NCBI GenBank assembly: GCA_035221665.1
Contig: CM069139.1
Location: forward strand, 2,790,001 to 2,854,000
Reading direction: 5' to 3'
DNA length: 64,000 nt
From: Okamejei kenojei
Lineage: Eukaryota
Positions 39,455 through 51,911 of the stretch are shown piece by piece. The translations under genes were made by a program, and so were the position numbers. How positions within the stretch are numbered: position 1 is the first letter of the stretch; every line of letters starts with the position of its first letter. A model generated the notes under the pieces. It was given only the letters and a program-made list of their open reading frames with translations. It did not search any database and was not told the DNA's origin.

Positions 39455-40215
39455 AATAGACAATAGGTGCAGGAGGGGGCCATTTGGCCCTTCGAACCAG
39501 CACCGCTATTCAATGTGATCATGGCTGATCATCCCCAATCAGTACCCCGTTCCTGCCTTCTCCCCATATCCCCTGACTCCGCTATCTTTAAGAGCCCTAT
39601 CTAGCTCTCTCTTGAAAGCATCCAGAGAACCTGCCTCCACCGTCCTCTGAGGCAAAGAATTCCACAGACTCACCACTCTCTGTGAGAAAAAGTGTTTCCT
39701 CGTCTCCGTTCTAAATGACTTATTCCTTATTCTTAAACTGTGGCCCCTGGTTCTGGACTCCCCCAACATCGGGAACATGTTAACTGCCTCTAGCGTGTCC
39801 AAGCCCTTAACAATCTTATGTGTTTCAATGAGATCACCTCTCATCCTTCTAAACTCCAGCGTGTACCAGCCCAGCTGCTCCATTCTCTCAGCATATGACA
39901 GTCCTGCCATCCCGGGAATTAACCTCGTAAACCTATGCTGCACTCCCTCAATAACCAGAATGTCCTTCCCATAATTAGGGGACCAAAACTGCACACAATA
40001 CTCCAAGTGTGGTCTCACTGGGGCTCTGTACAACTGCAGAAGGACCTCTTTGCTCCTATATTTGGTTCCTCTTGTTATAAAAGCCAACATGCCATTCGCT
40101 TTCTTCACTGCCTCCTATACCTGCATGCTTACTTTCATAGACGGATGTACAAGGACCCCCAGACCCCATTGTACTTCCCCTTTTCCCAACTTGACGCCAC
40201 TTAGATAGTAATCTA
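39455..40215 (-). mobile_element. CR1 3' fragment
   Basis: 189-aa RT C-terminal ORF and 3' UTR. Confidence 0.92.
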
Positions 40216-40502
40216 AATAGTAATATATAGTAATCTGTCATCGAGGATCCATACCATCCAGGCCATTGCTACAATTGGATAGGAGGTGGAGAAGCCTGCG
40301 GACCAACATCACCATGTCCAGGAACAGCCACTTCCCTGCAGCTATTGGGTTTTGTATCGACCCACACAATCCTAAACCATGCTGACTATTCCTAACCAGC
40401 CCCATCAATACATCCTATGTCAGAATACTCTCTAGCAGGGCTGCCAATATTGGGTGAGAGTTGGGTGAGAAATTGCGAGACCAAGTCAGAGGGAGCATAG
40501 CG

Positions 40503-40559
<57 letters not shown>

Positions 40560-42491
40560 GGAGGGTGTGTCCCTCCCATTGGTACGGAACTTTTGCATTT
40601 TTCAGGTTGAAATTGTGTAATATGGCGCATACTGTAGCGAGTCTTTAACTTACACTTGAATGCAATATTAAAATTTGTACACTTGATTGCAATATTAAAA
40701 CTTAAAATTGGATTAGCTATGAATAAGGTTAGAGTAAATTACATTCCTAATTACATTCCACAGTAGAGCCCAGGCTCTGATCCATACGTGCAGCACATGA
40801 ATGATCTTAGTGTATTCATGTATGGAAATCAGATTATAATCAAACACTTGGCCCATGTTGGCCAACCTGGGTCTCACTGCACACCTGGTACTACTCCTGG
40901 CCCTGACTCCAGTTGCATACCTTCTCTCATTCCTGTCCCTGAGTCCAGCCCTACACCTAGCCCCCTATTCTACCCTGATCATAGCTGCTTACCTGCTTAG
41001 GTTCCCAGTGCTGAACACACCCCTGGTCCTAGCTTTGACTGCACGCCTAGTACTATTCCAGACCTTGACTCTGGATGCACACTGGGCCTTGCTCCTAGCC
41101 CCTTTGCACTGACAATATATCTGGCCCACACATAAAGCCCCATATCTGACCCCCTGGACTTAACCTATTACGTTCAAGTCCACAGGTGCTTAGCTAATGC
41201 AGTAATCCTTTATGGGGCACTTCACAGACCAGATTATGGATAACAACATTTGCTACATTCATTGTCTTCCTTGTTATCTAACATGCTAGTCACTTTGTCA
41301 AAGAAGTCATCAATTGGTTGAACACAATTCCCATCCATAAAATTATACTCACTCAGCTGTATAAGTATTCCGATACCATTTCTTTCATTTTCGTAACAAA
41401 CTGTCCTGAAGTCATCAGGCTAATTACAAATCAATAACATTAGCCAACTCCGAAACATGAAGCGCTGAGCATTGGGATCTAAACATCATGGACAACTGGC
41501 CTCAGTTCCCTGCTCACATCTGGCAGTATTCTCCATCTGAACCAGGGGCCGCGGAGCGTTTTTGAAAGTGGGGAGGCTGAGCGATCACTGATCACTGGCC
41601 TTGGGGGCACCCGGTGAGGGAGTGGAGCAACCGAGTGGGGAGAGGGTGTGGAAGAAGGGTGTCCCCCCTCCCAGGGTAGGAGGAACTTTTTGAAATTAGA
41701 TGTATTAAAATCATGTTTTCGTGCATTGTAGAGGTTTGATTTCAATGTTTTTTGTATGAAGTATTTTTAAGAAGTAACTTTTTAAGGGGTAACTTTATCC
41801 ACACAAAGGGTGGTGGGTGTGTGGGACAAGCTGCCAGGGGAGGTAGTTGAGGCAGGGACCATCCCAACATTTAAGAAACAGTTAGACTGATACATGGATA
41901 GGACAGGTTTGGAGGTATGGACCAAAAGCAGGTAGCGTAGCTGGGACATGTTGGCGGGTGTGGGCAAGTTGCGCTGAAGGGCCTGTTTTCACACTGTATC
42001 ACTCTATGACCACATTATACCTCCACCATGCATGAATGCTTCAAAATCAAGTGATCGAGTTTTATTGCCAAATACTGAAGCATAGAGACGTAGAAAATAG
42101 GTGCAGGAATAGGCCATCGGCCCTTCGAGCCAGCACTGCCATTCAATATGATCATGGCTATTCATCTAGAATCAGTACCTCTTTCCTGTTTATTCCCCAT
42201 ATCCCTTGATTTTGTGAGCTAAATGTAACTCTCTCTCGAAAACATCCAGTGAATTGGCCTGCACTGCCTTCTGTGGCAGAGAATTCCACAGATTCACAAC
42301 TCTCTGTGTGAAGAAAGTTTGTCCTCATCTCAGTCATAACTTGACCCCTGGTTCTGAACTCCCCCAACATCGGGAACATTTTTCCTGCAGTTACAGTAAG
42401 TGAAAATCTAGCAGGCACGCAGGATGCTTTCTCCAACCACCCCCATTTGTCCGCTGTATTCCACCGTTTCTACCCAGTGCCTGGTACTTAC

Positions 42492-42629
42492 TTGCAGCAG
42501 CCACTGGTTGTCCTCCAGGATGCACCGAGCCGCAGCCTGATCCATGCCGGTCACCTGGGCAAATTTGGCACAGAGACTCTCACGGCAGCGGCGCAACACT
42601 TCCGACGCCTTGCACTGAGGCTGCTCCAT
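42492..42629 (-). pseudogene. TDP2: Captured TDP2-like exon 1 (UBA-like domain) inside the hAT element
   Basis: GCCATGG start; translates MEQPQCKASEVLRRCRESLCAKFAQVTGMDQAAARCILEDNQWLLQ; phase-0 GTAAGT donor. Resembles the TDP2 N-terminus RRLLCVEFASVASCDAAVAQCFLAENDWEME. No downstream TDP2 exons were seen. Confidence 0.7.
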
Positions 42630-42873
42630 GGCCGGACCTGCCGTGAGCGACTCGCCAGCCCGGCAAACCCTCGCCAGCCCCGCTCCCCGTCTGCATCTGT
42701 CCCCGTCGCTGCTTCTGCTTCCAACTCCCATGGCCCATGCAGTTGATATGAGTTTCGAAATTTTCGTTGATCACAGAATTTCTCAAGACAGAGCGTGAGA
42801 AATTAGTGATCAGCGTGAGAATTTGGCGAAATGCGTGATTCTCACGCTCAGTGCATGGGAGTTGGCAGCCCTG

Positions 42874-43645
42874 CCTCTCTATCCCCCTCTCAATCTCTCC
42901 CCTTTCCCTCTCTCTCCCACCTCACTCTCCCCCCTCTCTCTTGTCCCCCTCTCTCCCTTCCCCTCTCCCCTCTCTTTCCCCTAACTTCTCTCCCCACTCT
43001 CTCCCCCTCACTTCCTCCCTCTCTCCCTCCCTCCCTCTCTTTCTCCTCTCTCCCCTTTCTTCCTCTCTCTCCCCCTCTTTCTTCTCTCCCTCTCTCCTCT
43101 CGCTCCCCCTATCCCTCTCTCTCCCCCTCGCTTCCCCCTATCCCTCTCTCTCTCCCACTCTCTATCTCTTTCTCCCTCCCTATCTATCACCCCCTCTCTC
43201 TCCCTCTCCCTCTCCACACTCTCTCCTCTCTCTCCCACCTCTCTCTCTTCCCCCTCCCTCTCTGCTCTTCTCTCATCCTCTCTCCCCCTCTCTCTCCCCC
43301 ATTTCTCCACCTCACTCTACCCCTTGCTCTCTCTCCCTGTCTCTTTCTCCTCTGTCTCTATCTCCTATTTCTTTGCCCCCCATCTCCCTCTCTTTCCCCC
43401 ATTTTTCCCTTTCCCCCTTCCCCCTGTCTCTCTTCCCCCACCCCCACTCCCATTCTCTCCTCCCACTCCACCCCCTCTCTTTCTTCCCTCTCACCCCTCT
43501 CTCTCTTTCCCCCCCTCTCCCACCTCACTCTCTCCCCTCTCTCCCCCCCCTCCCCTCTCCCCAGTCACTCTCCCCCCTGTCTCTCCTCTCAGCCCCTCTC
43601 TCTCCCCTCACTGCCTCCCTGTCTCCTTCCCCTCTCCCACCGCCT
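42874..43645 (+). repeat. CT-rich polypyrimidine tract inside the hAT element
   Basis: Almost pure C/T over about 770 bp. Confidence 0.9.
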
Positions 43646-43850
43646 CCCTTTGAGAGTCTCTGTCCCATCGGCACGCTTCCAACGCCTCCGACGGCCCGGG
43701 ACTCTTGCACTGCTCCATGGCCGGAGCTGCAGCGAGCGACTCGCAGGCCCCGCAAACACTCGGCAGCCCCGGCTTTCTGTCCGCATCTGTTACACCTGCT
43801 TCCAGCCCTCCCTCAGCCCCGCTCTCCAACACCCGCGGACCATGCAGTTT
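43645..43850 (-). pseudogene. Second, truncated copy of the TDP2-like 5' region
   Basis: Homologous to 42570-42750 (APAMEQ..SPGPSEALEA); truncated by the CT-rich tract. Confidence 0.6.
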
Positions 43851-45744
43851 ATCTGAGTTTTGACATTTTCGTTGATCACAGAATTTCTCACCACAGAGCG
43901 TGAGAAATTTCTGATCAGCGTGAGGGCGTGAGAGTTTCTTCAAATGCCTGATTCGCATGCTCAAAGCGTGAGAGTTGGCAGCCCTGCTCTTTAGTCACGT
44001 AACTACCACAGATGGTAGGCTCATGGCCTGTAGTTCCCAGCCTATTCCTGCAGCCCTTCTTGAATAGAGGTACATCAGTCACCCTCCAGTCATCCATGTC
44101 TAATGAGGATTGATATATTTCAGCCAGGGCTCCTGCAACAATGCTGGAGCTTCCCTGGATATATGGCAGACTTCACCACCTTCATGCATCTGAGGATGAT
44201 CACTGGCTACTTCTTGCACTATTGTGGACTTTATTCTAACTATGTTTGGCACTAATGTCTTTATCTAGTCTGAAGAAGGGTCTCGACCTGAAACGTCACC
44301 CATTCCTTCTCTCCAGAGATGCTGCCTGTCCCGCTGAGTTACTCCAGCACATTGTGTCTATCTTTGGTTTAAACCAGCGTCTGCAGCTCTTTCCTACACG
44401 TCTTTACTTTGCAGTCTGTTTTCTTTGTTACTGTCTTGCATTACTTTTACTGTGTAATTTCTGTATCATTTATGTTTTTGTGGATATGACGTTGCTGCAA
44501 GATTTGCAGCGTATCTGTACTTCCCCGTACACCCACATGACCATGAGGCTGGGCTGACTGGACCGTATCTGTAGCAGTGTCTGAAACTGCCCGCACAGGT
44601 CTGTGCCTCAATGCATGGGGGTCAGCTGGCCGGGGACTGAGTGTGCTGTCTGTGCTTCAATGCGCAGTGGTCATGTCGTGGGGAACTGACCACACAGGCC
44701 TGTGCCTCAGTGCATGGGGGTCATCTGGCCGGGGACTGTGCTTCAATGCGCAGTGGTCATGTCGTGGGGAACTGACCACACAGGCCTGTGCCTCAGTGCA
44801 TGGGGGTGCTTTGGCCAGGGACATTCACACAGGATCGCATTTCTTCCAGCACACTGGCAGAACTTTACAGGGATGATATCTGTCATTTCTCCGGTGCTTC
44901 GAGATCTCTGCGGTAGGTAGTCCAAATTTCAGAAATAGACAGGAAGACAAAGGCCAGAACATGGAACAGTCCAACACAGGATCAGGCCCTTCGGCCCACA
45001 ATGCACGTTCCGGACATGATGAAAGGATCGATGCTGCCCACAAGATGATGAGCTTTGTGCCAGGTCTCAGGCCATTGTCATACAGCACAGAAAGAGGCCC
45101 TTTGGCCCCACCATGTTGATGCTGACCCTTTATATTCATCCCATTTCCCAGCACGGTCCAGGTTTGCAGAATGGCAGCGCTGAAGGCATTGATGAATTTC
45201 ATCATCGATGTCTGCCAACGTTGTAAGTGGTCCCAAGATCTGCAGTTCTTGGTTTCCAGTTGTTCAATGGCCCTTGGGGCACATGGGGCCAGGAGATGGA
45301 CGGATCCATGATCAGTGTGTGTATCATCTCCTGGATGGGCAAAGCAGAAGAGGAGCCGTGTTTGCTGTCTAATGTTGTCTCTGCAATGTTAGTGCAGCTG
45401 TAGAGAGCATTAAGCAAATGCACTGGTGGCACTGAGCCAATGTGGCTGTGGGCTCTTTCATCTCTCTGTGTCCAGCCCTGGTCAGGAACGGTGATTGAAG
45501 CAACAATGAAGTGCCTCAGGGAGCTGCACACAACCACACCCACACCCAACGCCAATCACTCTCTGCACATTCAAGATTCATTTGCCTCAAGTCATTCACT
45601 CTCTTGTGCCAACAATGATTTGTGTGGGAATATTCACACGCAGACTGAAGGCTCAAACACTCAAACAGGGACCAAGGAATAAAGTCTCTTTCATGTCTCC
45701 ACTCTTAACCCTCCTCAAGCCACCGGCAGATCGAGGAGAAAGAC

Positions 45745-46200
45745 TAACAAGTCATAGTGTTAGGAGAGGAGGGGCCGGCAGGAGATGCAGTGGCAGCAGT
45801 GAGGGTGAAGGATGGTGAGCTGTCCCTGGGGCCAGGGTCCAGGATGTCTCGGAGCAGGTGTATGACATTCTCAAGGGGGAAGGGGAGCCGGGCGTCATTG
45901 TGTACAGGGACACCATTGACAAGGGGATGAGGGCCATGGAGTAAATACAGGGAGTTGGGCAAAAGCTGACAAAGCAGGTCCTGCAGGGGAGTGATCTCCA
46001 AGAGCCATGTCCTAGTGAGGGTAAGAACAGGAAGACAGGAAAGGTGAATGTATGGCTGAGGAGTTGGAGCAGGGGACAGGGATTCAGATTTTTAACCATT
46101 GGGATCCCTTCTGGGGCAGAGGTGACCTGTACAAGAGGAATGAGTTACATCTGAACTGGAGGGAAGCAAGATCCTGGCAACTTGGGTGGGTTACTACTGG
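45745..46200 (+). mobile_element. CR1 ORF1 SGNH-esterase fragment
   Basis: Frameshifted GARVQDVSEQVYDILKGEGEP...VNVWLRSWSRGQGFRF...HWDPFWGRGDLYKRNELHLN. Confidence 0.75.
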
Positions 46201-46941
46201 ATTGGCACGAAGGGCAGGTCCAATGTGTAGGAAGGAACTGCAGATACTGGTTTACATCGAAGATAAGACTCAAAATGCTGGAGTAACTCAGTGGGACAGG
46301 CAGCATCTCTGGAGCGAAGGAATGGGTAAAGGATTGGGATAGAGCTTTAGGGGCTAGTGGAATCAAGGGATATGGGGAGAAGGCAGGCACGGGTTATTGA
46401 TTGGGGACGATCAGCCATGATTGCAATGAATGGCGGTGCAGGTTCGAAGGGCCGAATGGCCTCCTCCTGCACCTATTTTCTATGTTTCTATCAATGTATT
46501 CCAGAGAAGCTGCCTGACCCGCTGAGTTACTCCAGCACTGTGTGAAACGTCACCTATCCATGTTCTCCACAGATGCTGCCTGACCCGCTGAGTTACTCCA
46601 GCACTCTGTATCTTTCTTTGCAAGACCAGTAACATTATCATAGTTAAGTATCAGAGTAAAGACATTTCCCCTCATCTCAATTCTGTTACTACTCCCGTCC
46701 TGACAGTGAGCCTCCAGTCAAAGCTCCAACATCGGGGAAAACTGTTTTTAGCATAAACAGTCCCTTTCGGAATCTTGTAGAATCTGACAGCTTTAACAGA
46801 AAAGTACAAGACAGCAACTGACCTTTCTGCTCATAACGTCCATACTGGCCATAATGCCACGATAAATTAGTCTCATCTGCTTACACACGATCCATGCTCT
46901 TCCATTCCCAGCACATCCATGTGCCTCTCTAAATGCCTCTA

Positions 46942-47978
46942 CCACTGGGCCACCTCCATCACTGGGCCACCTCCACCACTGGGCCACCTCCACCACTGGG
47001 CCACCTCCACCACTGGGCCACCTCCACCACTGGGCCACCATCACTGGGCCACCTCCACCACTGGGCCACCATCACTGGGCCACCTGGGCCACCTACATCA
47101 CTGGGCCACCTCCACCACTGGGCCACCTCCATCACTGGGCCACCATCACTGGGCCATCTCCATCACTGGGCCACCTGGGCCACCTCCATCACTGGGCTAC
47201 CATCACTGGGCCACCATCACTGGGCCACCTCCATCACTGGGCCACCTCCATCACTGGGCCACCTCCACCACCGGGCCACCTCCACCACTGGGCCACCTCC
47301 ACCACTGGGCCACCTCCACCACTGGGCCACCTCCACCACTGGGCCACCTCCACCACTGGGCCACTACCACTGGGCCACCTCCACCACTGGGCCACCATCA
47401 CTGGGCCACCTCCACCACTGGGCCACCTCCATCACTGGGCCACCATCACTGGGCCACCTCCATCACTGGGCCACCTCCACCACTGGGCCACCTCCACCAC
47501 TGGGCCACCATCACTGGGCCACCTCCACCACTGGGCCACCTCCACCACTGGGCCACCTCCATCACTGGGCCACCATCACTGGGCCACCTCCATCACTGGG
47601 CCACCTCCACCACTGGGCCACCTCCACCACTGGGCCACCTCCACCACTGGGCCACCATCACTGGGCCACCTCCACCACTGGGGCCACCTCCACCACTGGG
47701 CCACCTTCACTGGGCCACCTCCACCACTGGGCCACCTCCTTCACTGGGCCACCTCCACCACTGGGCCACCTCCTTCACTGGGCCACCTCCACCACTGGGC
47801 CACCATCACTGGGCCACCTCCACCACTGGGCCACCTCCACCACTGGGCCACCTCCACCACTGGGCCACCTCCACCACCGGGCCACCTCCACCACTGGGCC
47901 ACCTCCACCACTGGGCCACCTCCACCACTGGGCCACCTCCATCACTGGGCCACCTCCACCAATGGGCCATCTCTACCA
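46942..47978 (+). repeat. 17-bp minisatellite CCACCTCCACCACTGGG with 14-bp variants
   Basis: About 60 copies. Confidence 0.97.
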
Positions 47979-48384
47979 CTGTAGTGATGCTGCTAACACA
48001 ACACTGACACGTGGTCCAGCCAAGCCATGGCAAAGCTAGTGCTGCACAGGAACCTTCCTCCTTTCCTCAGCTACATCTATCAGCCTGTTTGTCTGCGTCC
48101 TTCTCTTCCACATGGCTACAACAAGTAATAGACATTTGGACAGGAAATATCGCTTACACGAGATAGTGGCTCGATTGTAGCTGTCAGAGAATGTTTGGAG
48201 GGATATGGGCAAAATGTGGGCAAATGGAATTGCTTAGATGGGGCATCTTGATCAGTTGGGCTGAAGGGCCTGTTTCCATGCTATAAGACTGTGACCCTAT
48301 ATACACTCTGTCAAAATATTTCATGATTTTAATACCTGTGTGTTCATAATCATTTCTCAAGAGGAAATACACATATTAGAACAC

Positions 48385-49260
48385 AGTTCTGCTCGCACAG
48401 CAGAGGATAAGGTCCTTTGGCCCACAATGTTTGTGCTAAACATGATGCTAACCTAAAATAATCACATCTGCCCGTATATAATCCATATCCCTCCATTCCC
48501 TGCATATCCATGAGCCTATTTAAAAGCCTCTAAAACACCACTATGGCATCACTCTCCACCACCACCCCTGGCATCGGGTTCCAGGCCCCCACCACCCTCT
48601 GTGTAAAACACTTGCCCTACAACTTTTCCCCTTTCACCCTGAAGCTTTGCCCTCTATTATTTGACTTTTCCATACTGGATTCTGACTGTTTACCTTATCC
48701 ATGCCTCTCATAATGTTGTACACTTCTAGCAAGTTTTCCCTCATTCTCCGATGAAAACAATCCAGGTTTGTCCAGCTTATATTTGATAGCCTCTAATCCA
48801 GGCATCGTTCTGGCAAACTCTTCTGCACCCCCTGCAAAGCCTCAATACCATTCCTGTAATGGGGTGACAAGAACTGCAGCCAATACTCCAAATACAGCCT
48901 GAGGAAAGTCCCATACGAGTTCCTGACTCTTACACTCAATGCCACACCCAATGAAGGCATACACGCCTTGATTGCTACGCTATCAACGTGGGCTGTCACT
49001 TTCAGCGCTCCTGACCGGGAGATTGCTATACATCAGTCACGTCATTAAATGCACACTTACCCCGTACATTCGATTGTACACATTAAACTCCCACTGGCAA
49101 TTCTTCCGCCATTTGTGCATCTGGTCTTTATCATGCAGTAACTGCCTTGCTCCGTCTGTAAACCTACTAACCAACCCATCCACATTTGTGTCCAAGTCAT
49201 TTACATTGATCACAAACAGCACAGGTCCCAGCACAGATTCCCCGTGGATCTCCATTTGAA
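48385..49260 (-). mobile_element. Old CR1 fragment
   Basis: LEYWLQFLSPHY and SVLGPVLFVINVNDLD. Confidence 0.75.
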
Positions 49261-50187
49261 AAAAAAAACTTTTCAATAGACACGCTGGTGGTGAAACCAA
49301 TAATAAACAAAGGCAAAAGAAGGCAGTGGTCGTCTAATTGACACACCTTAATCTTTTAAGAACAGGTGGAAACAGTAATGTCTGGTACAACACTGATATT
49401 AATAATCATTGCCAACTGGCAGTTCCTGACATTTCTGTCCTGTAATTCTTTGAATAAAATGATCATGTGTCCAATTTATGTAGATAAATGGACTTGGTAT
49501 AAAAGTAACAAATGTTCCTTGTGCGCGTAGGATCAGTGTGGGGATCGCTAGTCGGCCGGACCCGGTGGGCCGCAGGGCCTGCTTCCGCGCTGTAGCTCTA
49601 TAAAAAAAATAAAAAATAAAAACTCCACTGGTCAGACATCCAGCCTGACTGTGACGCCCTTCCACTACAACCCTGCCTTCTGACACGAAGATGGAGCCTA
49701 CCCTCATCCGATACAATCGCTCTACTCTCTTACACCTGTGAATCTAGCACTACAATGCTGAGAACTATATTCTGCACTCTGTACCTTCCCATTTGCTCTA
49801 CCAATTGTACTGGAGTTTGACGTGATTGTATTTATGTACAGCAATGTCGGATGTGATGGGCAGCTTGCAAAACAATGTGTTTCACTGTACCTCAGTAATC
49901 AACCTAAACCTATCAGTAAGCCAGTTCAGAATCCATACAAGTCACTGTGGATCCAATGCATCTTAAACTTGATCATGGGGCACTGTATCAAAAGCATGAC
50001 TGAAATCCATAACATCCACCACGCTACGGTCACAGATCACATTCACGGACTCCTCAAAAAACGATTAAACTAGTGAAAAATGACCCGTCGCGTACAGTGC
50101 CATGCCGACTGTCCCAAATTAACCCATTCTCTTCCAAATGGAGAGTCAATCCTATTCTGAAGAATCCTCTCAGGCTTCCTGACCATT

Positions 50188-50307
50188 GACATCACGCACT
50201 CTGGCCGTTCATGCCCTGGACATCACGCACTCTGGCCGTTCATGCCCTGGACATCACGCACTCTGGCCGTTCATGCCCTGGACATCACGCACTCTGGCCG
50301 TTCATGG
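50188..50307 (+). repeat. 31-bp tandem repeat, about 4 copies
   Basis: Unit GACATCACGCACTCTGGCCGTTCATGCCCTG. Confidence 0.95.
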
Positions 50308-51036
50308 CATAGATTATCTCTACTTCCCTTCTAAAACAAAGGCAAAACTTCTTGCTTCATTCTGAATATCTTTTCCTTCTAAACATTCCTCGCATTTCCC
50401 ACGTGAAAGATATTTGCCGTCCACCCCATTATTGGAGCTTGCACTCACTTGTCGAAGCCTCAGCAATGCCCAGTGCCGATTCATAACAACTCAAAGACGC
50501 TCCGCCTTACAACTGGGACAGCTCGATGTTGGGCGAGAGGGGAAGATTGAACAGGAACGTGAGGGACAGCTTGTGGTGTATGGAACCAGCTGCCAGAGGA
50601 GGTCGTGGGGGCAGGTACTCTAACAGCTTTTAAAATTCATTTGGACAGGTACATGGATAGGAAAAGTTTAGAGAGATATGGGTGAAACAAGGGCAAATGG
50701 GACTAGTTTAGATGAGGTATCTGGGTTGGATTGGACCAGTTGGGTGGAAGGGTCTGTTTCCGTGATGCATGACTCTGGGAGCTGCAGATACTGAGCAGGT
50801 GTGGCTGAAACACAGGCAGCAAAGAGCCCTGGGGCCATGGCTGGGACCAGTAGAACACAGAGCTGACCACGTGATGGGGAATGTACGGTTTATATAACTC
50901 CTTTTAGTCAGTTTAGAAATACAGCAGGGACATGACCATCGATCACTCCTTTACACTAGTTCTCGTATCCACTTTCTCATCCACTCCCTACACACTCGGG
51001 GCATTTACTGAGGCCAATTAACCTGCGGGAGCACCC

Positions 51037-51668
51037 GGAGGATACCCATGTCACTGGCGCTGTGAGACAGTGGCTCCACTGGAGGACACCCATGTCACTG
51101 GCGCTGTGAGGCAGTGGCTCCACTGGAGGACACTGGCACTGAGACAGTGGCTCTACTGGAGGACACCCATGTCTCTGGCGCTGTGAGACAGTGGCTCCAC
51201 TGGAGGACACTGGCACTGAGACAGTGGCTCCACTGGAGGACACCCATGTCTCTGGCGCTGTGAGACAGTGGCTCCACTGGAGGACACTGGCACTGAGACA
51301 GTGGCTCCACTGGAGGACACCCATGTCTCTGGCGCTGTGAGACAGTGGCTCACTGGAGGACACTGGCACTGAGACAGTGGCTCCACTGGAGGACACCCAT
51401 GTCACTGGCGCTGTGAGGCAGTGGCTCCACTGGAGGACACCCATGTCTCTGGCGCTGTGAGACAGTGGCTCCACTGGAGGACCCTGGCACTGAGACTGTG
51501 GCTCCACTGGAGGACACCCATGTCACTGGCGCTGTGAGGCAGTGGCTCCACTGGAGGACACCCATGTCTCTGGCGCTGTGAGGCAGTGGCTCCACTGGAG
51601 GACACTGGCACTGAGGCAGTGGCTCCACTGGAGGACACCCATGTCTCTGGCGCTGTGAGGCAGTGGCT
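51037..51668 (+). repeat. Compound 44/33-bp minisatellite abutting a truncated V-SINE (about 50905-51050)
   Basis: Units CAGTGGCTCCACTGGAGGACAC + CCATGTCTCTGGCGCTGTGAGA or + TGGCACTGAGA. Confidence 0.95.
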
Positions 51669-51911
51669 GCCATTCACTGGTGTAACAGCAGAGTGCGCGG
51701 TCACTGGAAGGGATCGAGTGGCCGCATCGCCAGCTGCTGCTGCTGCAGGGGCTCTGCAGCCTCCTCCCTCCCAGCAGACGGCTCGGTCACAACAGGGAGC
51801 AGGGACAACTGAAGCCCAAATGACCACACTTCTTGCCTCTAACCCATGCTTAAACTCATAGACAGGCTATTCAGCGGGGAGCCCAGCCCAGTTTGTACAT
51901 CAGCAACTCAC

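Larger units (their letters stand above)
40436..43986. mobile_element. Non-autonomous composite hAT element carrying captured host sequence (Pack-type)
   Basis: TIR CAGGGCTGCCAA at both ends. TSD is CTCTCTAG (40428-35) / CTCTTTAG (43987-94), fitting nTnnnnAn. Removing the element rejoins a CR1 RT fragment. No transposase ORF. Confidence 0.85.

Noticed and set aside
40506-40558. 53-nt poly-G as a G-quadruplex element
   Set aside because: Homopolymer length is unreliable, and it lies in the G-rich subterminal region of a transposon.
42492-42731. A complete TDP2 gene at this locus
   Set aside because: No EEP-domain exons were found downstream, and the exon sits inside TIRs and is partially duplicated.
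41543-42873. Inner segment as an independent insertion
   Set aside because: The flanks (ATCTGAAC versus CCTCTCTA) do not form a TSD.
42831-43903. 341- and 350-aa Leu/Ser/Pro ORFs
   Set aside because: The CT-only tract cannot contain stop codons.
46919-48039. 362- and 368-aa His/Pro-rich ORFs
   Set aside because: A stop-free 17-bp minisatellite with no splice or start context.
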